Shown here: positions 53,789-63,112 of the stretch, piece by piece
Position numbering within the stretch: position 1 is the first letter of the stretch
Layout: every line of letters begins with the position of its first letter
Assembly: GCA_007571325.1 (NCBI GenBank)
Contig: RKRQ01000065.1
Coordinates: 7,972-71,971 of the forward strand
Direction of reading: 5' to 3'
From: Candidatus Dadabacteria bacterium
GTDB taxonomy: Bacteria > Desulfobacterota_D > UBA1144 > Nemesobacterales > Nemesobacteraceae
Length of the DNA stretch: 64,000 bases
Translations under genes and position numbers: made by a program
The notes under the pieces: generated by a model
What the model saw: only the letters and a program-made list of their open reading frames with translations
Database searches by the model: none
Told to the model about the DNA's origin: nothing

Positions 53789-54943
53789 TTATTTTCCTAG
53801 AATTGTCACAACGCAGGTAATCCCGTCCATAGCAGGCTGGGCGCCTCCCATGGTTTCAATAATACCAACCTTTGCGTCTTTTACTTGACGCTCAGGTTCA
53901 ACTTCCTCTCTTAACTGTCTTACTATTTCAGCAGTCTGAAGAAGCCCGGTAGCTCCGACCGGATGTCCCCTTGAAAGGAGGCCGCCACTTGGGTTGACTG
54001 CGACTTTGTCGCCTCCTACCCATGTGCTTTTTTGATCTATCAGAGTTGCTCCTTCTCCTTTCTCACAGAAACCTAGGGATTCAACAACCATCATTTCCGC
54101 TATTGAGAAAGCATCGTGAATTTCTGCTACGTCCATATCCTCTGGCCCTAGTCCTGCCATTTCATAAGCCATCTGGGAAGTTCTCCAGACATTCTCGGAC
54201 GGGTCGCAGGTAAGACCTTTAGGACTGCTGTATTTGCCTGACTGGGCGACGCATCCTAGAATTTTTACCGGCATCTTTTTAGCGAGTTCTCCGACATGTT
54301 CCTCAGAACACAATACTGCCGCCGCCGCCGCATCACCCACAGGACAACACATGTTACGCGTAAGCGGGTCAGCTATCATTGGTGCATTTAGCACGTCCTC
54401 AACCGTAGTAGGTTTTCTGTATTGGGCAAGAGGATTTAGAGAAGCATGGTAACGGCTTTTTACGACAACTTCGGCCAACTGTTCCAAGGTAACTCCGTAT
54501 TCGCTCATATACTTTGAGGCTCTTATTGCGTAGAGCCCGGGCATTCCCATACCGATGGATACCTCAAGATCATCTTCCTCAAGAGGCAGTGGACCTCCAG
54601 AGAGAATCCTGCTCAGATTCTCAACGCCGAGAGCAAGTGCTATGTCGTATTGACCATAGGCTATGGTTCTCCAAGCTTCCCAGAGGGAGAGGGTTCCACT
54701 TCCACAGGCTCCCTCAACATTTATTGTCGGTTGTCCGACAAGTCCTATTTCCTTAAGTGCCCTCTGACCAACCCCCATACCTTGGTAAACGTGACCGCAA
54801 AACGCAATTTCTATTTTTCGCGCATGAATTCCCGAATCCTGTATAGCAGCCCATGCCGCTTCTCTTGCGAGCACATGAGCTGGTTTATCGGGAAATCTTC
54901 CACAGGCGGTGTTTCCCACTCCTATGACATAAACATTTCTCAT
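53789..54943 (-). CDS. Thiolase-like protein, SCP-x/archaeal-type (acetyl-CoA acetyltransferase family)
   Basis: 384 aa. Catalytic Cys in the VEGACGSG motif. C-terminal GHPVGATG motif. Confidence 0.75.
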   Translation of the reverse strand: MRNVYVIGVGNTACGRFPDKPAHVLAREAAWAAIQDSGIHARKIEIAFCGHVYQGMGVGQRALKEIGLVGQPTINVEGACGSGTLSLWEAWRTIAYGQYDIALALGVENLSRILSGGPLPLEEDDLEVSIGMGMPGLYAIRASKYMSEYGVTLEQLAEVVVKSRYHASLNPLAQYRKPTTVEDVLNAPMIADPLTRNMCCPVGDAAAAAVLCSEEHVGELAKKMPVKILGCVAQSGKYSSPKGLTCDPSENVWRTSQMAYEMAGLGPEDMDVAEIHDAFSIAEMMVVESLGFCEKGEGATLIDQKSTWVGGDKVAVNPSGGLLSRGHPVGATGLLQTAEIVRQLREEVEPERQVKDAKVGIIETMGGAQPAMDGITCVVTILGK

Positions 54944-55056
54944 TGATAACTCCTCCTGCTTGCGCTTTAAGTGTGACGATGAAATATATATAAAATACTT
55001 GGTGTTGTAAAATTTGAGAGATTTTGATTTTGGATGATGAAATTTTTATGATTTAG

Positions 55057-55065
55057 TGGTATACT
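55057..55065 (+). promoter_or_regulatory. Extended -10 element (TGgTATACT) upstream of the nitroreductase-like gene
   Basis: Read from the sequence. Lies 57 nt upstream of the ATG, which has a TAGGAGGT ribosome-binding site. Confidence 0.3.
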
Positions 55066-55121
55066 GTCGGGAGGGGTTATAAATTTAACTCTGGACAAAA
55101 AACACCCAATAGGAGGTTAAT

Positions 55122-56135
55122 ATGAGTAATATACCAAGTGCCAGCGAAGTTGATATTATGGACACCTTCAACGCAATAGGAACAAGAAGGTCCATCAGGT
55201 GGTATGAGCCACATGTTCCTGTCGAGAAATGGAAGATTCAGGCCATGCTAGAAGCTGCTAGGCTTGCTCCTTCGGCAGGCAACTTCAATGGACAAAGAGC
55301 AATAGTTGTATACAGGGATGAAGATCCCGAGATATGGGAGTTCATATCCGACTGGAGTCAGATAACCACGCAGATGGCTCCTGTACTTGTGTTCTGGTGT
55401 TACGATATGGCAAACTACGACATACAGGGTCAATCTATCCACGATCTTATGAGAACTGGAGCACTTGACAAAGCCCATGGTTGGGAATACGACAGGGTAT
55501 CGAACCTGTTTCCGCTTCCTGGACTGCTTCCTGATGCCATACTGCATCGGCTTGCCGCGATTGACCTGGGAAATGCAATAGAGAACGCTATACTGGCCGC
55601 GACAGCCCTAGGTCTTGGTACCTGTCTTAACGGTGCCAGTGGGGGAGCCAGAAGAAACACTAAGGCGAAGTTCGAGCTTCCTGACACTTACGTGTTCAGT
55701 TGGCTTATGACTGTGGGTTATCCTGCGGAGAAGATGGATGGTGGTGGAACGAGAAGTCGTCCTCCTTTCGACACGATGTTTTTTGAGAAAAAGGTTGGAA
55801 ACGCTTTCCCGAGAGACCCAGAGGTAGTAAGTCTTTTGGAGGATCTGAACTTGATTCAGCCGGCAGGACCTCTTCCTGGAAGGCTTGAAGAAATTAACAA
55901 GCTTACTAGGCGTTTCGGTCTCGGAGATGAATGGCTTACCGACTGGAAATTGGAAGAGTCTCAGGTTGGAGAAGTTATGGGAGACAAGAAGTTTACTTCA
56001 CTGAGTTCTGAAGAAGTTCAGGCTTCAGTTGCTGGAGCATCCGTTGACCCCTCAGGTTTTACTCTTGTTCCGACGGTAAAGAGGGAGAAAATTCAGGAGT
56101 ACAGAGAGAAAAAAGGCATTGGAGATGCCGATTAG
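55122..56135 (+). CDS. Nitroreductase-fold flavoprotein with ~110-aa C-terminal extension
   Basis: N-terminal TRRSIRWY motif and nitroreductase-like core (about 220 aa), then an unrecognised C-terminal region. 337 aa. Confidence 0.7.
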   Translation: MSNIPSASEVDIMDTFNAIGTRRSIRWYEPHVPVEKWKIQAMLEAARLAPSAGNFNGQRAIVVYRDEDPEIWEFISDWSQITTQMAPVLVFWCYDMANYDIQGQSIHDLMRTGALDKAHGWEYDRVSNLFPLPGLLPDAILHRLAAIDLGNAIENAILAATALGLGTCLNGASGGARRNTKAKFELPDTYVFSWLMTVGYPAEKMDGGGTRSRPPFDTMFFEKKVGNAFPRDPEVVSLLEDLNLIQPAGPLPGRLEEINKLTRRFGLGDEWLTDWKLEESQVGEVMGDKKFTSLSSEEVQASVAGASVDPSGFTLVPTVKREKIQEYREKKGIGDAD

Positions 56136-56168
56136 TTCTTATCAAAAATCAACCAGGAGGTTTTGATA

Positions 56169-56360
56169 ATGGCAGAGATAACGATAAATATTCCAGATCC
56201 AATCCATAACAAGATCAAGAAGAGAGCCGAACAGACCAATAATAATGAAATTGGTGTTATAATCGCCACTCTGGCGCTTACTTTCGGTACTTCGAATTAC
56301 GATGATTCGAAATGGATCAAAAACCTAAAGGGACTGGACGACGCGTCTAAGCCTTGGTAA
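56169..56360 (+). CDS. Small ribbon-helix-helix (CopG/Arc-like) protein, 63 aa
   Basis: AGGAGG 8 nt upstream of the ATG. Beta-strand ITINIP, helix KIKKRAEQ, turn TNNN, helix EIGVIIATLAL fit an RHH pattern. Lies 33 nt downstream of the nitroreductase gene. Confidence 0.5.
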   Translation: MAEITINIPDPIHNKIKKRAEQTNNNEIGVIIATLALTFGTSNYDDSKWIKNLKGLDDASKPW

Positions 56361-56388
56361 GCTCAAGCAGCTTAAAGATAAAAGAAAA

Positions 56389-56430
56389 GGGGGATGTTCA
56401 TACAAATGGGCATTCCCCTCTTCTTTATCT
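56389..56430. terminator. Bidirectional rho-independent terminator between the RHH gene (+) and hflX (-)
   Basis: GGGGGATG-N14-CATTCCCC hairpin flanked by an A-rich tract upstream and TCTTCTTTATCT downstream. Confidence 0.5.
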
Positions 56431-56456
56431 AAATGGCTCTAAAAATTAAAAAAAAG

Positions 56457-58082
56457 CTAAAAAGATCTATGTAACAAGGAAAGTGAGAGACTATCTTTTG
56501 GTTTTTCCTCGTAGAGAAAATTCTCAGTTTCTCCGTTAATATAAGTTTTTTCGACAGATTCCTCTATGCAAAACAGCAACTCGCTTAAATCCCTTCCGTT
56601 TTTTGCTGAAACGAGTGGAATTTGAGGATAAGCCTCTATAAGTTTTGCTTTTGTTTCCGCATCAACTTGGTCAATTTTATTAAATACCAAGACAGTTGGT
56701 ATATTATCAAATTCCATGGACTCTATTATTTTTTTCACAGATTCTATTTTTTCTCTGACTTCGGGGTCGCTTGCGTCCGCGACGTGAAGAAGCAGATCAG
56801 CTTCACCTATTTCTTCAATTGTAGCTCTGAATGCATTTATGAGTTCTTTGGGAAGTTTACTTATGAAGCCTACAGTATCGGTCATGAGTACATGTTTTCC
56901 TCTTGGGAGCATTACTCTTCTTGTTGTCGGGTTCAGAGTTGAGAAAAGTTTGTCCTGGGTAATGATGGAGGATTTCGTCAGACGGTTAAAAAGTGTGGAC
57001 TTCCCGACATTCGTGTATCCGATAAAAGACACGGTAGAAATTTTGGAAGTTTTTCTGTTTTTTCTCGTGTGTTCTCTTCTTCTACATAAATTGTCAATCT
57101 GTTTTTCCAGCTGGTCAATCTGTTTCCTTATATTTCTTCTTTCTTGTTCTAGCTTCTTTTCTCCAGGGCCTCTTGTGCCTATACCACCTCCTAACTGCGA
57201 GAAGGTTGTCCCCTTACCCTTGAGCCTAGGCAAATTATACTGAAATTCAGCCAGTTTTGCTTGGATTTTTCCTTCGTTTGTCTTAGCGTGTTTTGCAAAT
57301 ATTTCTATTATCAATTGACTGCGGTCCATTATGTCAAGACTGGATTCCTCTCCAATGGCGTTTGCTTGGGTAGGGGTAAGCTCAGCGTCAAAAATTATGG
57401 TATCCGCTCCAAGATGCTTGGCATGAAGTGCAATTTCTCTTAGCTTTCCCTTGCCTACAAGGTAACGGGGATCAACACTTTTTCTTATCTGGACCATTTT
57501 GTCGAGTACTACCTTTTCACCGGAAAGAGCAAGAGAATTAAGTTCTTCAAGAGATTTTTCGGCTAGGTAACGAAACTTTGTGCTGAACCCTACAAGTATT
57601 ACTCCTTCCCTGTTTTCCTTACCCCCGTTTTCAAGAAAAGCCTGTCTTAAGGACTTTTCTATACCATCTATTTCATGTTCAAGATTGATATTAATCTGGC
57701 CTATGTCAGAGAATCTTGAAGTTTCCCATTTCGCCTGATTCTGTTGGTCTGATGGAACAAGGTTCGCATATTCAAAATGTCCTGCTGAACTGTTCTGACT
57801 TATGGACACAGAAGCTATCAGATCAAGTCTTTCGTTTGCGAGAGTAAGCAGGTCTGAGTTGGTAAGACCGGATTTCTTGAAACTGGTTCTTATAGCATGA
57901 AACCCTCTGAGTTTATACTTTGCTCTTTTCCTCCTTCCAAGCAGTTTCTCGAAGGGAAAATCGCAGGGTTCTCCTATGAAAACGAACCTTATTTTTCCTT
58001 TGCGGTCGATAAGTACTGTTATGATTCTTTGGAGTTCATCGGAAAGAGTTAAGAGAGTGCGTGTGAACTCAGGGGTTACCAA
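56457..58082 (-). CDS. hflX: GTPase HflX with ~135-aa N-terminal extension
   Basis: G1 motif GYTNVGKSTLFN. HflX N-domain (REGVILVGF...). 541 aa. Confidence 0.85.
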   Translation of the reverse strand: MVTPEFTRTLLTLSDELQRIITVLIDRKGKIRFVFIGEPCDFPFEKLLGRRKRAKYKLRGFHAIRTSFKKSGLTNSDLLTLANERLDLIASVSISQNSSAGHFEYANLVPSDQQNQAKWETSRFSDIGQININLEHEIDGIEKSLRQAFLENGGKENREGVILVGFSTKFRYLAEKSLEELNSLALSGEKVVLDKMVQIRKSVDPRYLVGKGKLREIALHAKHLGADTIIFDAELTPTQANAIGEESSLDIMDRSQLIIEIFAKHAKTNEGKIQAKLAEFQYNLPRLKGKGTTFSQLGGGIGTRGPGEKKLEQERRNIRKQIDQLEKQIDNLCRRREHTRKNRKTSKISTVSFIGYTNVGKSTLFNRLTKSSIITQDKLFSTLNPTTRRVMLPRGKHVLMTDTVGFISKLPKELINAFRATIEEIGEADLLLHVADASDPEVREKIESVKKIIESMEFDNIPTVLVFNKIDQVDAETKAKLIEAYPQIPLVSAKNGRDLSELLFCIEESVEKTYINGETENFLYEEKPKDSLSLSLLHRSF

Positions 58083-58347
58083 TCGGTCCCGGGGGATTTT
58101 TCTCTTATATGTTCTTTGTATCTTCTTTAAGTCGCTTCTGGTAAGGCCTGAGGTGTTTCCGTAGATTCTGTCTATCTTTTGTTTCCCCTTGGTGCATATA
58201 TTATTATATTGAATAGGGAATTTGAAGCATTTTTGGTAAAAAACGGGAAAAACCTGCTTACGTGGAAATTTCTAGAGACTGAACACTGTAGATTTTCTAC
58301 CGTCTTAATAACTGCTGATTGAAAGACACGGGGAGAGGTAATGTGCT

Positions 58348-58821
58348 GTGAAAATAGAAAAACAGCCGTGGATTACTGAGTTTTACGAAAAAGAGAAAAT
58401 CTCAGTTGACTCAGATGAAATATTCAAAGAAATGAAGAGGACCTCAGATTTTCTCTGCCGAAGTTTTGAGGTTTGTACTGAGTCCATGAACAGAGAATAC
58501 GGACAGGATACAGTAAGCGTGATTTCTGCTCCGCCGGGTTTTATGCATGCTGTTTTTGATGCGGATGTAGAAACCCAAGGGTTTTTGCTTCTTTTTGGAA
58601 CTTCAAAACTGGTTATGGTCTTTTGCGGGCTTGGTAATACAGCTACCTTTGTCGGAAGAGAAGTTAATCCCACCCCACAAAAACAGAAAAAGAATCTAAA
58701 ACTTCTGGGAGTGACCTGGGAAAAGAAAAAAGATGGATGCTATCTTTTCCGAGACAGTACGGGAGTGGAAATCCAGATCCGCGAACTTATACTCGAGATA
58801 GTCCGTTGGGGCACACGTTAA
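58348..58821 (+). CDS. Hypothetical protein (157 aa)
   Basis: GTG start, 9 nt after GGAGAGG. No recognised domain. Confidence 0.45.
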   Translation: MKIEKQPWITEFYEKEKISVDSDEIFKEMKRTSDFLCRSFEVCTESMNREYGQDTVSVISAPPGFMHAVFDADVETQGFLLLFGTSKLVMVFCGLGNTATFVGREVNPTPQKQKKNLKLLGVTWEKKKDGCYLFRDSTGVEIQIRELILEIVRWGTR

Positions 58822-59016
58822 GGAGTAAGGACAAGGTGTGTAAGAAAGGCGATGATTAGTATTAACCCGATAAGAATAGGTACACCGAGTATGTATTTAA
58901 ACCCTTCTTTTTCATGCGGTTCAAGGTCAAGCATTATGGTGCCATAACATAACCTATGCTTTATGAGATTACAAAGTTTTATTGAAGATATCCTGAAATT
59001 TTGTTAGGTTTTTACA

Positions 59017-59913
59017 ATGATTGAATATGTAACTCCCTTTTTCCGCCCTCCAAGCGAGCACAAAAGTTTCATTCTACAGGCTACTATTGGTTGCTCCCAC
59101 AACAATTGTACCTATTGCGCCATGTATAGAAAAAAGACTCAAAAGTTTAGGGTGAGACCCATGAGCGAGATAAAAGAGATTATCGATACGGCATCTCGTA
59201 ACGGACTCCTTGAACGAAGGGTTTTCATAGCGGATGGCAATGCGCTTGTGCTCTCTACAGCGAAACTTATAGAGATAATGAACTATCTGGACGAAAAATC
59301 CTTGGGTCTTGAGAGAATTACCATGTATGCGAATGTGGGAGATATACTTAGAAAATCCATTGAAGATCTAATACTTCTTCGAGAAAATGGCCTCGGCATG
59401 GTCTACATAGGTTTTGAAAGCGGAGACGACGTGGTACTTGAGAGAATAAAGAAAGGGGCGAATTTTTCCGAGACTGTTGAAGCTTCAAGAAAACTCAAAG
59501 CCTCTGGAATAATTAATTCCGTTATGGTTCTTCTTGGTATCGGAGGAAAAGACAGGAGCAGAGAGCACGCCTTGGCTACGGGAAAGCTTCTTACGGAATG
59601 TGACCCCGAATATGTTGGAGCTCTTTCACTTCAGCTTCGTCCCGGAGCGCCTATTTACGAACAATGGAAGGAAGGTCTCTTTGAGCTTCCAGACAAATTT
59701 CAGATGATAGAAGAACTTGAGACTATAGTTGAGAATACCGAGCTTTCAGACAGCTATTTCTATTCGAATCATATATCAAACTATCTTCCTGTCAGAGCGA
59801 GATTCCCTCAAGAAAAAGGTAGAGTTCTTAAAGAAATAAAAGAAGTTCTGAAGACCAGAGACGAAGCTTCCCTTCGTCCAGATTACTATAGGGATGTGGT
59901 AAATCAGTACTGA
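59017..59913 (+). CDS. Radical SAM-superfamily protein with apparent CX4CX2C cluster motif
   Basis: Motif GCSHNNCTYCAMY verified from the codons. Also ADGNALVL and GFESGDD, which resemble radical-SAM core motifs. 298 aa. Confidence 0.65.
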   Translation: MIEYVTPFFRPPSEHKSFILQATIGCSHNNCTYCAMYRKKTQKFRVRPMSEIKEIIDTASRNGLLERRVFIADGNALVLSTAKLIEIMNYLDEKSLGLERITMYANVGDILRKSIEDLILLRENGLGMVYIGFESGDDVVLERIKKGANFSETVEASRKLKASGIINSVMVLLGIGGKDRSREHALATGKLLTECDPEYVGALSLQLRPGAPIYEQWKEGLFELPDKFQMIEELETIVENTELSDSYFYSNHISNYLPVRARFPQEKGRVLKEIKEVLKTRDEASLRPDYYRDVVNQY

Positions 59914-59936
59914 AAGATAACTTAAAGGAGGTTACA

Positions 59937-60872
59937 ATGGGAAAAATTGCGACGACTTCTCCGGTTTGGGGCTGTAGTTTGAGCGATCTTAGAGGACTTG
60001 CGGAAATTACAGAAGAAGCAGGTTTTGACGGTATTCTCTCTCCAGAGGTGCCGCCTTACAATGCTCTGACGAACGCTCAAGTGTTCGCAGAATGCACTGA
60101 GAGGATAAATGTCGGAACATGGATAGCTAACATATACATGCGCCAGCCAGTAGTTGCTACAGCAACAGCTCTTACCATACAGGAAATAACGGACGGAAGA
60201 ATGATTTTGGGACTTGGAGTAAGCCATAAGCCCGTCAACAGTAGATACGATATAGATATGGGAAATCCGATTGAGTCTATGAAAAGCTATGTAGAGGAGG
60301 TGAGAGCATTTGCTGATGGAACTTCTCCCAGACTTTCTCTTAAAAGAAAGGTGCCCGACCTTCCAGTCTATATAGCGGGCCTTACAAGAGGTGCAGCGGA
60401 ACTGGCTGGGGAAGTTGCTGACGGAATAATGCCTTATCTCTGTCCTCCGGCCTATATATCAACTCTAAAAGAGCAGATTGCTTCTGGTGCCCTAAAAGCT
60501 GAAAGAGACCCTTCATCTATATCAATCACAAACGGCATCCCATCCTTCGTTTCCGAAGATGAGGCGGCAGCCGTTGCCGCGGCCAAAAGAGGTCTCGGTC
60601 CATATGCGAGATTTCCTTTTTACCAAAGACTCATAAGAAATATAGGTTTCGGTGATATAATTGATCAGGTACAGGATGGAGCGAATCCGGCCGAAGTTTT
60701 CACCGATGAACTTATAGATTCGGTGGCACTTGCTGGCACGCCTGATAACTGCAAGAAGAAACTTCAAGAGCATTTCGCAGTCGGAGTTGATCTTGCCATA
60801 CTGGTTCCCGGACCGGTAGGAAAGCAAAGCAATATAGAGGTAATGGAGATAACAGCTAAAGCTTATTCTTAG
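59937..60872 (+). CDS. Luciferase-like monooxygenase family (F420/flavin-dependent) oxidoreductase
   Basis: 311 aa TIM-barrel LLM. AEEAGFDG-type motif (ITEEAGFDGIL). Confidence 0.7.
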   Translation: MGKIATTSPVWGCSLSDLRGLAEITEEAGFDGILSPEVPPYNALTNAQVFAECTERINVGTWIANIYMRQPVVATATALTIQEITDGRMILGLGVSHKPVNSRYDIDMGNPIESMKSYVEEVRAFADGTSPRLSLKRKVPDLPVYIAGLTRGAAELAGEVADGIMPYLCPPAYISTLKEQIASGALKAERDPSSISITNGIPSFVSEDEAAAVAAAKRGLGPYARFPFYQRLIRNIGFGDIIDQVQDGANPAEVFTDELIDSVALAGTPDNCKKKLQEHFAVGVDLAILVPGPVGKQSNIEVMEITAKAYS

Positions 60873-60888
60873 GAAAGTTTGCAAACTA

Positions 60889-60930
60889 AAGAAGAGCGGA
60901 GAATATAAGTTGTTTTCCGCTCTTCTTTAC
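60889..60930 (+). terminator. Strong hairpin terminator after the LLM gene (12-bp perfect stem AAGAAGAGCGGA/TCCGCTCTTCTT)
   Basis: Inverted repeat at 60889-60900 and 60916-60927, with a T-run in the 3' arm. Confidence 0.55.
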
Positions 60931-61008
60931 CGTCATATATACTCCCTTATAATAATTAATCATTTTTTCAAAACCCCCGGTGGAGTTTGAATTTTTTCAC
61001 GTGTGTGG

Positions 61009-61037
61009 TTGTGAACAGAATTTTATGAAAGTATAAT
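61009..61037 (+). promoter_or_regulatory. sigma70-like promoter for nuoM operon (TTGTGA-N17-TATAAT)
   Basis: Hexamers at 61009-61014 and 61032-61037. Confidence 0.4.
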
Positions 61038-61072
61038 TACGGCGATTTTATTCTTTTTCAATCAACCTGAAC

Positions 61073-62635
61073 GTGAGCTTCGATACCAACATTTTATCCC
61101 TGCTTATATTCTTTCCTCTTTTAGGGGCTGTGACGCTTGCCGTTCTTCCTCATTTTGAGAAAGTTTCAGATTACACCTTAAAAACAACTGCTTTTGTAAT
61201 AACCTTAGCTGAATTTATAATTTCGCTTCCGCTTTTTTTCCGGTTTAACGGATCACTCTCCACAATGCAGTTTGAAGAGAAAATTCCCTGGCTTGCGGAC
61301 TTGGGGATATCTTACCACTTGGGAGTGGATGGTGTCAGCCTTCTGCTTGTGCTTCTTACCACTTTTCTTTTCCCTATAACAGTTCTTTGCTCTTGGAACT
61401 CAATAAAAGGTGGGTGGAGAGCGTTTCTCTCCCTTATTCTTTTTCTTGAAGCGGCGCTCATTGGCACCTTTGTCGCGCTGGATATGATTCTTTTCTTCAT
61501 ATTCTGGGAGGCGGTACTCATTCCCATGTATTTCATCATAGGAATCTGGGGATCTTCCAGAAGAATCTACGCGGCAATAAAATTTTTCATCTATACGGCG
61601 TTTGGAAGCGGGCTAATGCTAGTTGCTATTATCTATATGTACTATGCACATATAGACCAGTTCGGTTTTGCGTCAATGAACCTTTTCGACCTGCAGAGAA
61701 CCAGTCTTGCTTTCGATGGTATTTTGAGTCCCCAGGGGCTTGTGTTTCTGGCGTTTTTTTTGGCCTTTGCAATCAAAGTTCCAATGTTCCCATTTCATAC
61801 ATGGCTTCCTGACGCCCATGTCGAGGCTCCCACGCCCGGAAGCGTCATACTAGCTGGAGTGCTTTTGAAAATGGGAACCTATGCGGTGATAAGATTTCTT
61901 GTTCCATTTTTTCCGGAAGCCATAGAGGCGTACACAGGAGTTCTCATAGCTCTTTCGATTGCCGGAATAATCTATGGAGCCATGGTGGCCTTTATGCAAA
62001 AGGACCTTAAGAAGCTTGTGGCTTATTCAAGCGTAAGCCATATGGGACTTATAATGCTGGGTGTGTTTATTTTTAATCTTCACGGTTTGCAAGGTGGAAT
62101 CTATCAGATGGTAGGACATGGTCTTTCCACTGGAGCTTTGTTTATCTTGGTTGGGATTATATATGAAAGACGTCACACCAAGATGATTTTGGAATTCGGT
62201 GGACTTGCGAAAATAATGCCAGTTTTTGCGCTGTTTTTCATGATAGCTATGCTTTCTTCCATAGGACTTCCTCTTCTAAATGGTTTTGTCGGGGAATTTC
62301 TTATTCTGCTTGGAGTATTTACAGAAAGTTATTTATATGCAGCGCTTGGAGCAACAGGACTTGTTCTCGGAGCTATCTACATGCTCTGGGCTTACCAAAG
62401 GGTGATGTTCGGACCCTTAGTAAAGAAAATAAACATGGGGCTTAAGGACCTTAATTTAAGAGAGATAACTCTTATGGTTCCAATTGCCATAATGATATTT
62501 TTTATGGGAATATACCCGCAACCATTTCTCTCAAAAATGGAACCCTCCATAGCAAGAATAATAAAGGAGACGCAACAGCGGGAAACTCTCCGAGTGGATA
62601 CTCTAGAGTTAGAGCCCCAGAGAAATAAACCGTAG
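61073..62635 (+). CDS. nuoM: NADH-quinone oxidoreductase subunit M-like antiporter-type membrane subunit (orphan)
   Basis: GTG start. HTWLPDAHVEAPTPGSVILAGVLLKMG motif typical of NuoM. 520 aa, about 14 TM segments. No other nuo genes in the window. Confidence 0.8.
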   Translation: MSFDTNILSLLIFFPLLGAVTLAVLPHFEKVSDYTLKTTAFVITLAEFIISLPLFFRFNGSLSTMQFEEKIPWLADLGISYHLGVDGVSLLLVLLTTFLFPITVLCSWNSIKGGWRAFLSLILFLEAALIGTFVALDMILFFIFWEAVLIPMYFIIGIWGSSRRIYAAIKFFIYTAFGSGLMLVAIIYMYYAHIDQFGFASMNLFDLQRTSLAFDGILSPQGLVFLAFFLAFAIKVPMFPFHTWLPDAHVEAPTPGSVILAGVLLKMGTYAVIRFLVPFFPEAIEAYTGVLIALSIAGIIYGAMVAFMQKDLKKLVAYSSVSHMGLIMLGVFIFNLHGLQGGIYQMVGHGLSTGALFILVGIIYERRHTKMILEFGGLAKIMPVFALFFMIAMLSSIGLPLLNGFVGEFLILLGVFTESYLYAALGATGLVLGAIYMLWAYQRVMFGPLVKKINMGLKDLNLREITLMVPIAIMIFFMGIYPQPFLSKMEPSIARIIKETQQRETLRVDTLELEPQRNKP

Positions 62636-62689
62636 GATTGTAAGAGCTTACAAGCTTTTGGAAGATTGACCATCGGCTTAATTAGACCT

Positions 62690-63112
62690 ATGTCTTTTAA
62701 AAATCTCATAACGAAAAAAGTCGAGTTTTCCGCCTCTCACAGATACTGGAACAAGAACTGGAGCGAAGAGAAGAATCGTGAATTCTACGGCAAATCGAGT
62801 CTCCCCGGCGGCCACGGTCACAATTTCACGCTTGAAGTTACTGTGGAAGGGGAAATAAATCCAGAAACGGGAATGATAATCAACCTCTTTGATCTAAAAA
62901 GGATTATCTCATCAGTCTTGGATGATTTTGACCACAAGAACTTGAACGAAGACAATCCTCATTTTCAAAATCTTATACCAACGACGGAAAATATAGCCAA
63001 AGTTCTCTGGGAAATGGTTGAGAAGAAAATCCTTGAGAGGGATGACTGTAATCTGCACAGAATAAGAGTATATGAAACTGATGACCTTTTCGTCGACTAC
63101 CAAAAATGCTAA
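62690..63112 (+). CDS. 6-pyruvoyl-tetrahydropterin synthase family protein, paralog A (catalytic Cys replaced by Ser)
   Basis: Conserved segments FSASHR...GGHGHNF...DHKNLNED...VYETD. Aligns along its full length with eukaryotic-type PTPS. The ORF track starts at TTG 62666; ATG 62690 (MSFKNL) is taken as the start. Confidence 0.75.
   Translation: MSFKNLITKKVEFSASHRYWNKNWSEEKNREFYGKSSLPGGHGHNFTLEVTVEGEINPETGMIINLFDLKRIISSVLDDFDHKNLNEDNPHFQNLIPTTENIAKVLWEMVEKKILERDDCNLHRIRVYETDDLFVDYQKC

Noticed and set aside
58822-59016. Small ORFs as radical SAM-associated RiPP precursor peptides: a 38-aa hydrophobic ORF on the minus strand and a 32-aa ORF on the + strand
   Set aside because: Both have weak or misplaced ribosome-binding sites. 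The hydrophobic one is on the opposite strand to the radical SAM gene. I kept it only as a note inside the cluster finding.
62666-62689. TTG start at 62666 for PTPS paralog A
   Set aside because: The GGAAG lies only 1 nt from that TTG. The in-frame ATG at 62690 begins the conserved PTPS N-terminus (MSFKNL...FSASHR), so I used 62690. The start remains uncertain.
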